A stretch of 64,000 nucleotides of DNA from Octopus sinensis. Lineage: Eukaryota. The position numbers were made by a program, and so were the translations under genes. The stretch is from positions 50,096,001 to 50,160,000 of the forward strand of contig NC_042999.1 of NCBI RefSeq assembly GCF_006345805.1. Direction: 5' to 3'. Shown here in pieces: positions 24,961 to 38,121 of this stretch. Under the pieces are notes generated by a model. The model did no database searches and was not told the origin of the DNA. It saw only the letters and a program-made list of their open reading frames with translations. Within the stretch, counting starts at the first letter, position 1. Each line of letters begins with the position of its first letter.

Positions 24961-25928
24961 AGGAATATGCATTCAGTACACTCTGTTAAGTGTTGGTGAT
25001 AGGAAAGGCATCTAACCAGAGGCAGCAAGTTAAATGATATGCATGACCACCAGTCTATGAGAGCAGTGGTTCTCAATAAGAAATGATTCAGACTGAGATG
25101 ACCATCTCGACCCATACAAGCATGGAAATTGAATACAAAATGGTGGTGATGATGGAGGTGGTGGTGGTAGCAGCGGGGGCAGCGGCGGTGGTGGTTGTAG
25201 TGGTGGTTTTGGTAGTGGTGGTTATGATGATGATGACAATGATGCATATAGTATATACGCCTGTATATGCATCACTGATGTTATATATATACATCAGTGA
25301 TTAGTATATATGTCTGTATATGCATCACTGATGTTATATATATATACATCAGTGAAAAAATAATAACAAACAAAACTGATGCTTACAAAATCTTTTGTGC
25401 TTTTCTTCTGCACTAAGTGACACAGACAATGCTCAATTTTTAACTCAAGCCAGAAGAAATGAGACGTAAACTTGATTGGTCCTACAATACTATTGTTTAC
25501 CAATCATGATATATATCTAAATTAAAACAAAAAAAAAGTAATAATAATTTTAATGGAATAAAATGTAATTTTACAATTTCTGCCTCTTGGTTTGTCTTTC
25601 TCAATTTCTCCACCACTACACAGCTCTTCCTTCCATACTTATATTTACATCGTCTACTGTCTCCTATTGTTTACAATTGTTTTCTTTTTTATTGTTTTTT
25701 TTTGTCTTTTTGGTTTTGCTTTTCCTTTTGTTCCTTCTCCTATCACATGTTTCACTTTGGTCCTTCCTTTACATCTTTCTCTTTTCCTTCTCTCCTCTTT
25801 TCTCTCATCTCCATGTCTACTTAAAGTTCTTACCACACACACACACTCAATGCCTAATATCTACTGTTTAATTTTTCTCATGCATTATTTTAGTGCTATT
25901 TACAGTAAACAATGATGGTGATGATGAT

Positions 25929-25998
<70 letters not shown>

Positions 25999-28234
25999 TA
26001 ATAATAATAAATCCAGTTTTTATGAGTTTCAAGTTTTAAAATACAGTACTGGTTTATATGCTTGACGTTAATATTCCCAGAATACAATGGAATTTATATT
26101 TTCTCTTTAAAGTATTATTTCCATTTCTTTCTTTCATTTCTTATTTTTTTTGCTACTGTTTTCTGTAATAATTGACTTTTACATGTTTTTATTTCAGTTT
26201 ATAGAGATTGTAATAAGTAGCTCACAGGAAAATGAATTACTCCAATTAAAACAAAGATATATGAGTTGAGTATATCCACTAAAGCTTAAAATGTATGCTT
26301 TTTTTTTTTCTGCTCCTCTATTTTGCTATAGGTGGAGATGCCTGGCTGAGTGGTGAGAGTGTTGTGCTCATGATCGTTAGGACATTGAAGGCGGTGAGCT
26401 GGCAGAAACGTTAGCATGCCAGGCGAAATGCACAACCGTATTTCGTCTGCCGTTACGTTCTGAGTTCAAATTCCACCGAGGTCGACTTTGCCTTTCATCC
26501 TTTTGGGGTCGATAAATTAAGTACCAGTTACGCACTTTGTCTGTCCTTGTTTGTCCCCTCTATGTTTGGCCCCTTGTGGGTAGTAAAGAAATAGATAGTT
26601 AGGACATGAATCTGATTCTCAAACCAGGCAATATGTTGTGTTCTTAAACTTGAACGGCCTCCATAAAAATGGGAAGAGGATTTAATTAAGCAATGTAAAT
26701 CAAGGTGGCAAAAAAATGGTATAAAGACAGGATTGGGAGCGAGCACATTGAGACCAAGAGTGTGCCATAGTATCTACTGATCTGGTTGATACTGTGATAT
26801 ATACACTCAATCATCAACACTATATATTACCTGTTCCCCTCACATAATTCAGACTGTGTCCGACTACACCTTACTCTGCACTAACTACTATATTCAGTTC
26901 TTCATCCTTATAATATCAATCCTCTGATAGTTCGTTTTAATACATTTTTTCCCCTTGATGTTGTTCAAGAAGAACACCAACTACATTAATAGCACAATTC
27001 TCAGAGTCCAATTCTTTCAAAGTAAAACATTTAAAAGATTAAAAATACAAGCAAAGTTGATGTATTTGAACTAACTTGTGAAGATGACTCTTTTAGAAAG
27101 AGTAGTGGGTGCTTTTATGTGCCACCGTTATGAGGGCCAGTCAAATGGTATTTTTTACATGCCACCTGCACAGGAGTTAGTCCAGCGGCACTGGCGACAA
27201 CCTGGCTCAAATGTTTTGTTCACGTGCCAGTAAGGCGACGCTGGTAACGATCACATTCAAATGGTGCTTTTTACATGCCACCAGCATGGAAGCCAGACAG
27301 CTGCTCTGGCAGTGATCCCGATTGGATGGAGCAGTTAGTGCTCTACTGGCACTGGTGCCAGTCATCGAATTTTGTGCAATTTCGATTTCACTTGCCCCAA
27401 AAGGTCTTCGCAAGTAGAGTTTAGTGTCCAATGAAGGAAGGTTGGCATGGGTGCCAGTCGTCGAATTTGGTTCGATTTCAAATTCGATTTTGTAAAAAAT
27501 TACATCTTGCTGTTGTTTAACTGCATGTCAGTCATAATTGAAGAGACTTATAATCAAAGGTAGTCTATCCATGACCACCCCATATTATAGTATATCTAAG
27601 AGTAGATTTTCTAATTTGTTTTTGCTTTTTAATGATAATAGGGTGTTATTTAGGGAAGATTTGGTTGATCATCCAGCAAGTAAAGTGATCATGTAAAAAT
27701 TCTCTCATAGGTCTTTGTTACATGCTGTATCAGACTCTGACCTTCACACCAACTCACCAACATTTTATCCTTTAGTTAGGAGAGAAGAACATACTCAAGA
27801 CTCTTTGGAAGCCCTTTAGGCCTGATGGAGGGTATACACAAGCCAGGGACCTAGCCCAAGAGCAACAGACTCTGCTAAAGGCACTCAATGTGCCAGATGG
27901 TGATGTTAAACTAGATGACTGATTAAATCTACCTTGCCAAATGTAAATAATATTTCTATGGGAAGGATGATTGAAATAAGATAATTTTTTGTCCTTACAA
28001 ATTGCTATCTTAAAGGAACTAAAAATTGATACAGAATAAAGTTTGTGTATTTAGCAGCACTACCAATATCAATCAATAATTTAATTATCTGAATATATTT
28101 CATTTTCATATTTTAAAATTGAACAGATTTTTTTTTCCCAGAAATTATATAACTTAGACAAATTATATAATTTTTATAATTTTATTTCTATTATAAATCA
28201 ATAAAATACTTTGGTATTCAATGTATAAGCAGGT

Positions 28235-28273
<39 letters not shown>

Positions 28274-28567
28274 CGTGCGCATGTGTGAATTTGTGTGTGT
28301 GTGTGTGTGTTTGTATGTGTATTTATCTGTTTATCTACATATCTGATTTGAGTTTATTCAGATGAGATATATTTTTAATTAATTTATCTTTATGAGTTTT
28401 ACAATAAATTTGTCTTCAAAACATACATATATATATATTTTTTTGGAAAACAACAAGTATTTACCAAAACAATGAAATATTCAAAATCAGTTTGCTTCGG
28501 TGCTAAGGGAGGAAAAATCCTTTAAATCAAAGCTATTTAATTCATTCTTCACAATGATTTCTCTCAC

Positions 28568-28630
28568 TATTGGTTGTCATAGATACTGTATATTGAAGAC
28601 ATTTTCTTTGCTTCTTCTTCAATTAAATGG
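28568..28630 (-). other. Candidate 63-nt symmetric coding exon (x)HLIEEEAKKMSSIYSIYDNQ(Y), unidentified
   Basis: ATATCTGTAG acceptor, TA|GTGAGA donor, phase 2-2, open frame. No homology recognised. Confidence 0.2.
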
Positions 28631-29184
28631 CTACAGATATGAATACGCAATTAAGATATTAGCTTCATAGCAAGATTGTTCAGGGTTCATTCACACTGTG
28701 TGGCACCTTCTGCCATAGTCTTGTGGGTAAAATTTGATTGATGGAAACTGCATGAAAGCTAACAGAAAGGATATCTCTGTTCTGAAGTCATCATTTAGCT
28801 AAACATCATAACTTAGTCCTTGGATGCTTGTAACAGAGTTTTCTCTGCTGCATACATTTGGACTAGGTCTTTAGTCTGAGACTAACTACCCCCACCACCA
28901 CCACCACCACCACCAATGACAGAGGCCATGGAAAGAGTCATGGCCCCCTTGATTTCTCCTCTAAGCTATAAAAAACATAAACTGCTATAAAAATTTGTTT
29001 AAACTATTATTTAATATTTACTATGCAGACATGGCTATCTGGTTAAGAAGTCCACTTTCTAAACACACAGTATCAAAGCCAGTCTCTCTAAACAGTATCC
29101 TATGCAAGTGTTTTCTGCTCAGGCCCTGGGTCAACAAAAGCTTTATGAAGGGACTGGGTAGAAGAAAACTGAAAGAAACCTGTG

Positions 29185-29245
<61 letters not shown>

Positions 29246-29716
29246 TGAGTGTGTTTATGTCTGTGTGCATGCACATGTGTGTATGTTTGCTTACATTCTT
29301 AAAAATCATTCAGCTATGAGCAGTTATGTAGCTGTCATTTTCTCTATCAAGAAGTCATCATCTGACTTTGCACCTTCAAAGATGTGTGGAATAAAATGTC
29401 CATTACTAGCTAAACAGGTAAGGGCTGGTGAAAGGAAGGCTAGAGATAGGAAGACTAGTGATAGGAAGGCTAGGAATAGAGAAAGGCTGGCAACAAGAAA
29501 TATATTATTGAAGTTGTGGACCAAGGCTTCAGTAATATATTTGCCTAGCACATGGGAAAACAGATGTAAAAATGAATTAGATATCCTGTTGTGCATCTTT
29601 GGTTATTTTCTGAGACAGCACACCACCAATATAAGCCAACAAAGAAATTAAGTCAATGAAGGAACCTCCAGCTAGTCATCCAATCTTCAAGAAATCACAA
29701 CCAAATATCCCTCAAA

Positions 29717-32540
29717 TCATCATCATCATCATCATCGTTTAGCGTCCGTTTTCCATGCTAGCATGGGTTGGACGGTTCTACTGGGGTCTGTGAAGCCAGA
29801 AGGCTTCATCAGGCCCAGTCAAATCTGGCAGTGTTTCTACGGCTGGATGCCCTTCCTAACGCCAACCACTCCGTGAGTGTAGTGGGTGCTTTTTACGTGC
29901 CACCCGCACTGGTGCCAGACAGAGCTGGCAAACGGCCACGAACGGATGGTGCTTTTTATGTGCCACCGGCACGAGGGCCAGGCGAGGCTGGCAACGGACA
30001 CGAAACGGGGCGGTGCTGGCAACGGTCACGAAACGGAAAGTTCTCTTACATGCCACCGGCACTGGTGACACATCTGCAATTTCCATTGATCGATTTCGAT
30101 TCTGATCCTCACTTGCCTCATCACGTCTTCACAAGTAGAGTTTTGTGTCCCAAGAAGGGAAGGTATGCATACGTAGGCTGGCTCCATCCCATGTAGAAGG
30201 CCACGGGTTATGGACTCACTTGTCCTGCCGGGTCTTCTCGCGCACAGCACACTTCCAGAGGTCTCGGTCTCTAGTCATTTCCTCAGTGAGACCTAAAGTT
30301 CGAAGGTCGTGCTTCACCATCTCGTCCCAGGTTTTCCTGGGTCTGCCTCTTCCACAGGTTCCCTCAACCGCTAGGGTGTGACACTTTTTCACACAACTAT
30401 CTTCATCCATTCTCGCCACATGACCATACCAGCGCAAACGTCTCTCTTGCACACCACAACTGATGCTTCTTAGGTCCAGCTTTTCTCTCAAGGTACGTAC
30501 ACTCTGCCGAGTGTGAGTACCGGCATTACACATCCATCGGAGCATACTGGCTTCATTTCTAGCGAGCTTACGCATATCCTCAGCAGTCACGGCCCATGTT
30601 TCACTGCCATGTAGCATGGCTGTTCGTACACACGCATCATACAGTCTGCCTTTCACTCTGTGCGAGAGGCCTTTTGTCACCAGCAGAGGTAAGAGCTCTC
30701 TGAACTTTGCCCAAGCTATTCTTACTCTAGCAGTTACACTTTCAGCACACCCGCCCCCGCTGCTGACTTGGTCACCTAGGTAACGGAAACTATCAACTAT
30801 TTCTAGTTTTTCTCCCTGGAAGTGACGGAAGTTGGTCTCAGAGCATTTTCAGTGTTTATTGTTCCTGAGCATCTGCCACATACAAAAACCATCTTCCTAG
30901 TTAGCCTTCCTTTGACATTGCTGCATCTCTTATGTGTCCATAGCTTACACTTGGTGCATCTTATAGAGTTTCTACCTACACCTTTTCTACAGATCGAGCA
31001 GGGCCATCTACCTGAAGGTGTTTGTGATTTGTCTACCTTCCTACTGATTACGACTTTGGTTTTAGCTAGATTGACTCTGAGGCCCTTCGATTCTAATCCT
31101 TGTTTCCACACCTGAAACTTCTCCTCCAGTTCTGATAGCGACTCAGCAATTAGAGCAAGGTCATCAGCATAGAGGAGCTCCCAAGGGCATCCTGTCTTGA
31201 ATTCCTCCGTTATTGCCTGGAGGACTATGATAAATAGGAGGGGGCTGAGTACTGAGCCTTGGTGGACTCCTACCTCTACCCGGAATTCTTCACTGTACAC
31301 ATTTCCAACCCTCACCCTACTAGCGGCGTCCCTGTACATGGCCCGCACAGCTCTCACTAACCATTCATCTATCCCTAGTTTCCTCATTGCCCACCAGATA
31401 AGGGATCGGGGGACCCTGTCGAAGGCTTTCTCCATGTCAACAAAAGCCAGGTACAGGGGCTTATCTTTGGCTAGGTATTTCTCCTGCAGCTGCCTTACCA
31501 GGAATATAGCATCAGTAGTACTTTTCCCTGGCACAAACCCAAACTGCATCTCATCTAAACTAACTCTCTCTCTAATTAGTTGGGCTATGACCCTCTCCGT
31601 AACCTTCATCACCTGGTCCAACAGCTTGATACCTCTGTAGTTATTTGTATCTAGGGCATCACCTTTACCTTTGTAGCAGTTGACTATTATACTGCTACAC
31701 CAGTCATTGGGTATGACCCCTTTGTGTATCACCTGATTAACTATACGGGTGACTAGGCTATAGCCGACACTACCAGACATTTTGAGCATCTCTGCAGTGA
31801 TTCCTGATGGGCCTGGGGCTTTGCCTGTCTTCATGCTTCTAATTGCCTTAGCTACCACGGAACTATCAACTCGGATAGCTGGTCCCTCTGTAGGGTCAAC
31901 ATTCGGCAGACTCTCTTTATCCCATTCATTTTCTTCATTCAGCAACCTTCATAGTGGCATCTCCAAACCTCTCTCTTTGCATCCTCATTTAGCGCAAGTG
32001 AACCATCTTCCATGCGAACACACTTCTCTCCTACCACATCACGATTCTCTCTCACACACTGTCTTGCAACACGAAACACCTCCAGTCTTTGGTCCTCACG
32101 GCGCAGAACATTGGCAAATTTTTTCTTATCTGCTTCCCCTCTGGCTAAATAAACCTGTCTCCTAGCTTCTCTTTTGGCAGTCTGATACAATCCCCTGCTA
32201 CCCCCATTTTTCCAGACCTTCCAAGCCTGTCTCTTTTCTCTAATAGCCCTGTCTACAATATTGTTCCACCACCACGTTATTCTAGGTCGAGAGGGGACTT
32301 TGCACCAGCCACAGATCTGGTCAGAGGCTCTCAGCAGGTTGTCCCTTAGAAACGTCCAGCTGTCTTCTACCCCCTGTGATGCTCTATCCCCTTCTACTTC
32401 GTCAGAGGCTTCAAGTAATATGTCCCTAAATCTCTGTCCATTTGCAGGATCTTTAAGCTTCCAGATCCTTCTTCTCCATATTTGTCGTCTTCTGGTTGTC
32501 CTCCTAGTCCTGATCCTAAAGTCACTAACTACCAGTCTAT
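29717..32540 (-). mobile_element. RTE-clade LINE, 5'-truncated, young, two frameshifts
   Basis: End of APE domain (RLVVSDF). RT motifs KAPGPSG, YRGIKLL, QFGFVPG, FVDMEKAFD, GVHQGSVLSP, YADD. RRLRWYGHV and GRPRKTW C-terminus; 3' UTR ends in (GAT)n. Confidence 0.95.
30803..31945 (-). pseudogene. RTE ORF2 reverse transcriptase plus PHD-like finger (frameshifted at both ends)
   Basis: 380-aa frame with YADD. Adjacent frames 31939-32540 and 30216-30800 continue the same protein. Confidence 0.9.
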
Positions 32541-32916
32541 AAAGCTGAAGTTGTCTGTTTGTGGCAGGTTTGGTAGCCTTCAACTAAAACTATCTCCTCC
32601 AAGACCCTGCGGTGCAAGTTGACCAAAATCGAGAGTATGATAGACGAAGGCTTGCTCCTCATTTCGTAGAAATTCAAATTGGACCATGTTAAGACCAAAA
32701 ATTATTTACATCAAAAAGGTGCTTTTTTTCTATGAAAAACCCTATTTTTTAAAGATATTTTGATTGCTGTGTCGCCATTTGTTGGTGTATTTCAACCAGA
32801 AGAATGTTCACTTAAAGAGAATAACAAGCTACATAATGCAAAATTTTTACTTTTCAAAAATTCCAATTCTAAAGGGTCAAAACAAACCTGAGCAACGCCG
32901 GGTGATACTACTAGTA
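32536..32916 (-). mobile_element. Non-autonomous Helentron/DINE-like element abutting the RTE 5' break
   Basis: Minus-strand TACTAG...CCCGGCGTTGCTCAGG start and ACAAACAGACAACTTCAGCTTTATAGA end, same architecture as 19875-20676. Confidence 0.65.
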
Positions 32917-33674
32917 TAGAATAAAAGAAACATTTAGATGTGTTCATTATACATTATACCTGCAAAAATAGATGGGTTGCTCAAAGCCAGGATAGCATTT
33001 GATTAACAGCCTGTTTTCTCAGAACAATTACTTTTACCAATATCTAACTACACCAAAACAAATCCAATTCAAACAAAACCAACATTTTAATGAGGTAAAA
33101 AATAAAAACATTAATTGGTGGAGAATTACTCAAACATATTTGTGTTAAATATTATTTTTCTGTACCTTTTTGTTTTAATTGTACATTTACTTATGCCACA
33201 TGGCCTAATCTACTACTTCCTGAGTTAATATGATCAATCTGGAGCTTCCAGAAAATTACAAATCCATAATTAGTTTTAAGGATTTTATAGTTTCATAGTA
33301 AATTAAGTGTTAGCATACTTGATAAAAATAAATCTAAATAATTTTATTAATTAAAAGTATATTATTTATGATAAAAACAAATCAGTCTGCAAATTACTAA
33401 TAATGGTACAAAAAATATAAATATATAAAAAGCAAGGGAGACAATCCTGAAATGAATTAAACATGGAATGAATTTAATCTTAGCAGCACAGGAACAATTT
33501 CAAAGATATTTAAGTTTCATCAGATCTCATCAACAAAGTATAGCCTAACTCCAACCACAAAATCTTAAAATGACTATGATATTCTAAATAAGACAATAAA
33601 ATACCACTGCTAAGTATTGTTAGTTATACCATCATTGAAAAACCCCACTCATCTAGAGCTTGTTATAGTGTATA

Positions 33675-34412
33675 CAGTAGTACCTCAGTTTTGAAACAAC
33701 TCTGATCATGAATAAATCATGCTTTATATATATATATGAAATAATGTACATTTAAACACAAGAGAAAACTGCCTTCAATAGGCAGTTTTTTACATGCTAG
33801 AAGAAGTAGTCAAAACGACCAAAACCACATTTAAGAGCAATCTTCAAAAGGAATGAAAAATAAAAACTTTTACCTTGTTATTTTATTCCGGTCAGACCTA
33901 GATTTCAAAATATTTTTAGCAAATGAAATAATTTTCAAGGTGAATTTCTCATCAGTGACCACACCACAACACTAACATATAATTAAGAGATGAATAATAC
34001 GTGTCTCATTGTTATACATTATAATTTTTCAAATTCACTGCGCAAGTGCAGTTTCAGTCAGCTGCCAACTGAAACTGCGCTTGCACAGTGAATTTGAAAA
34101 TCTCACTGATGAGAAATTCACCAAACAAATTATTTTATTTGCTAAAAAAATGTTTAAACGTAGATCTGGCAGAATAAAATAACAAGGTAAAAGTTTTTTT
34201 TCTTTTTCATTCCTTTTGAAGATTGCTCTTAAATGTGGTTTTGGTCGTTTTGACTACTTCTAGCATGTAAAAATTGCCTATTGAAGGTAGTTTTCTCTTG
34301 TGTTTAAACATACACTATTTTATATTGAGAATATGTTGTCTATTGACTTTTTATAGATGCTAGGCCACTGGTAGTGAAATTTCTAAAAAAAACTCACTAC
34401 CCTATATTTTAC

Positions 34413-34468
<56 letters not shown>

Positions 34469-34523
34469 TTATAAAGCATGATTCATTCGTGATCAGAAGT
34501 GTTCTTAAACCAAGGTACTACTG
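33675..34523. mobile_element. pogo/Tigger-like MITE containing a second fold-back element (33734-34325)
   Basis: TA|CAGTAGTACC...GGTACTACTG|TA with ~50-bp outer arms; inner arms ~225 bp; innermost palindrome at 34026-34101. Confidence 0.8.
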
Positions 34524-36271
34524 TATGTAGTTTCTAATTTTAGGCATAGGGTCAGCAATTTTGAAGGCTGTGTTGGTTAGTAATACCAATGACTCACATT
34601 CTTCACTGATACAATATTTTCTTAGATCACAGAAGGATAAAAAAAAAGTGTTGACCTCAGGAAGATTTGAACTCAGAACCTTTATTACTGTTGTTGCTGC
34701 TGTTTTGCAACAGGTCAACCCTGATCATACAGATTTATAATCAAGGATGTTCCAGTTGTGGCCATCGCATTTTTTTAGACATAGTTTATCTCATTTCATA
34801 TATTTCCCCAAGAGAAAGTAGTGGGTGTGATTTGAGAGAGCTTTGACTTCTATTTCAAACAGATCAACCAAATACATAGCAACCAAAATAATGAGAGAGG
34901 AGGAGGGCCTATTGCCCTCCACTCAGCCACCCATTCCTAATTACAAAATAAACAAGCAAACAAAAAACAAGCACACAAACAAAAGATATTTGTAAATTTT
35001 ATATAATAATTAAAAATCATTAGTTTAAATATAATTTGGAAAGTAACCTTTATCCAGTATTAGTACTAGAAGTGATTCAAGTCTCAGTAGAAGAGGACTG
35101 GCTTTAAGCATGACTAAATGTGACAGCTAAAGTGAAGCAACTCATCTAGTATTAATTCAATAATTCACCATTTTGCACAAATCACAGGCACATTGAAGTT
35201 ATTTTGATGTACAGAGTTGTTTTTCAATCTCAATATAAATTTTGATTGTGAAATATTTTGTTTTAATTATATTATTACATATAAATTTTATTATGTTATG
35301 CAATTCATGTACTATGGTTTGGTATTCCAATCTCAATTAAAGTTTTATTTTTCATACTACCCTGAGCTAGCATGGAAATAAAAATGATGATGATGATGAT
35401 GACGACAACAATGACGATGATGCCGATGAGGAAGGAAGGAAATAGAAGCATTAAAATAATATTTCACATGGCTTTCTGACTAAAGGAATGCCATTGGTTA
35501 TCTATAAATATACATATATATATATTTGCACATGTACAAACTGACATACATGCATACACATACTCTTTTACTTGTTTCAGTCATTTGACTGCAGTCATGC
35601 TGGAGCACCTCCTTTAGTTGAGCAAATCGACCCCAGGACTTAATCTTTGTAAGCCAAGTACTTATTCTATCGGTCACTTTTGCCAATCCGCTAATTTACA
35701 GGGACGTAAACACACTGGCATCGGTTGTTAAGTGATGTTGGGAGGACAAACACAGACACACACACACATATACATACATACGACGGGCTTCTTTCAGTTT
35801 CCATCTACCAAATCCACTCCCAAGGCTTTGGTTGGCCCAAGGCAATAGTAGCCTTAGTTGGGTACAGCAGTTTAATGGCAACAGAGACATACAAACACAC
35901 ATATATATACATATATATGACGGGCTTCTTTCAGTTTCCATCTACCAAATCCACTCACAAGGCTTTGGTTGGCCTGAGGCTATAGTAGAAGACACTTGCC
36001 CAAGGTGCCACACAGTGGGACTGAACCTGGAACCATGTGGTTGGTAAGCAAGCTACTTACCACGCAGCCACTCCTACGCCTATCTCTTGCCTCTTGTTCA
36101 GTATCTCAAAAGATTGCATAAATATATTATATTATTCAGTAAGGTACAATTGGTATTTCTTCATTATTTTCATAAAAAGATCTGCGGATTCAATACTAGA
36201 CCAAAATATTTTGATATTGTTGATTCCTTTCTCATTCTCATTCCAGATATCGTAGCACTCCATTGGTTATG

Positions 36272-36632
36272 ACAGTGAGTGTTCCAGTTGATTTGATCAA
36301 CGGAACAGCCTGCTCATGAAATTAACGGGCAAGTGGTTGAGCACTCCACAGACATGTGTACCCTTAACGTAATTCTCAGGGATATACAGCATGACAAAAA
36401 GTGTGACAAGGCTGGCCCTTTGAAATACAGGTACAACAGAAACATGAAGTAAGAGTGAGAGAAAGTTGTGGCGAAAGAGTACAACAGGGTTCACCACCAC
36501 CCCCTGCCAGATACTCGTGGAGCTTTAAGTGTTTTCACTCAATAAACACTCACAATGCCCAGTCTGGGAATCAAAACTGCGATCCTATGACCACGAATGT
36601 GCTGCTCTAACCACTGGGCCATTGCACCTCCA
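36272..36632 (-). mobile_element. tRNA-derived SINE family B, tail variant 2
   Basis: TGGAGGTGCAATGGCCCAGTGGTTAG head shared with 54611-54910, different 3' tail. Confidence 0.8.
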
Positions 36633-36639
36633 TGTTCCA

Positions 36640-37550
36640 GATATAGTGAGACAGACAAGTGGAAATTTTTTTTCGTGTGAATCTGAAGCACTTGTGTGCC
36701 TAACCTTTAATGCTTTTTGTGATGTTCTCCCCATCCCATCCAACTTGTTCTGCTGGGGTAAGTTGGAGTCACCATCTTGTCCCCTGTACTCAACAAGAGG
36801 AGCCCTGAAGCATATCTGCAATAGCTGTCCAAAAGCCATGGGAGAGGGATGTCACCACTGGATGCATCAAAGGTGGGATTAGTCATTACAAGCATCTTTG
36901 CCCACGTTCATCATCTTTGTCAAAGCTAATAAGAAGATGCCTGCTGCTAGGTTTGCCCCTTGGCACTGCTTATAAAAGTAAAAAACCAAGAGCTGAAAGC
37001 TAACCGAGCAAATCATTTGAGACTCCCTGAAACGGTTTCCTCAGCATCACTAAGGCTGAATATGGTGCTCATTTCAGAAGAATCCAAGATGATGGTGCTG
37101 TTGGAACTTTCCATTCCCTGGGAAGACAGCATTAAGAAGGCTAATGAGAGCAAGTGGAGTAAATAAGCTGAGCTAATGGAATAATGCCAAAGGAATGAGT
37201 GGCTAGCAAGGCATGGAATACAGATGGTTTGCAAGCCAGGTCCTCTACAGAGCTTACAGCATACTTGGTATTACAGGGACCAATAGGCATAAGACCATAA
37301 TGTTGGCTTTTGAAGGATCAGAAACTGCTTGAAGATGGTTGTGTCCCATTAATACTACATCTGGTAGCACTGCCTCATGGAGGTGGTAGGGGCTGTGTTA
37401 CCAGGGGTAGTGCTGATGCAAACTAGGGATTGATTGACTTGGCTGGTTCAATCAGGTGAGGGTGTCTAATGTTGAAGACCCAAAACACCTGACAACACAA
37501 CGAAACATCATTAATGATGTGTCTATGTGCATCACAGAATGATGTATGGA
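36640..37550 (+). mobile_element. Decayed HERO/NeSL-like LINE with restriction-like endonuclease
   Basis: DVLPIPSNLFCWG..ESPSCPLYS.RGALKHICNSCPKAMGEG.HHW.H and LRLNMVLISEESKMMVLLELSIPWEDSIKKANESKWSK (PD..L.ELTVPWE-type motif); multiple stops and frameshifts. Confidence 0.8.
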
Positions 37551-37751
37551 AAAAAAAGTGAGCTTGATAAACTTTACTTCATTATCATCGTCTACCTATG
37601 ATATCTTGACTCCATAAGCTAGAGTCTTCATTAGGGACTTATATCTGTTTAGCATTATTGAAGCAGCATTCAGTTAGAAAGTTTGGCTCTTCATTATACT
37701 TGTTGCAGTCTTTGTAGCTTCATATATATACATATATATACATATAAATTG

Positions 37752-38000
37752 CCTTTGAAACACGAAGTAGATGAAACAGGGACAACTGATGAAGGGGAAT
37801 TTTCATTATGTTGCATGTATCATTTCTCTGTTTGATTTTTCCGTTGTTCGAAAAAAATTCGTTTTCTATATATTTGTTTTTATGTTTTCATTTCTCATTG
37901 TGTTCAATGCTTTTTTGATGTCCTGTACCCATATATGCATGTATATATGGCTATATATGTAGATATGTACATATATGTATGTATATATGCATACATTTAT
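37752..38000 (+). repeat. Single-arm copy of the 41643-42110 palindromic repeat
   Basis: AGTAGATGAAACAGGGACAACTGATGAAGGGGAAT...GATGTCCTGTACCCATA matches both arms. Confidence 0.8.
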
Positions 38001-38022
38001 ATATTATTTATATTATATATAT

Positions 38023-38057
<35 letters not shown>

Positions 38058-38074
38058 ATATATATATATATACA

Positions 38075-38121
<47 letters not shown>

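Noticed and set aside
29885-30065. Repeat-spacer pattern GGTGCTTTTTACGTGCCACC resembling CRISPR
   Set aside because: The spacers resemble each other, there are only 3-4 units, they lie in the RTE 3' UTR, and there are no cas genes in this eukaryotic context.
37450-37540. Ribozyme in the HERO-like 3' UTR
   Set aside because: No complete CUGANGA/GAAA arrangement with paired stems.
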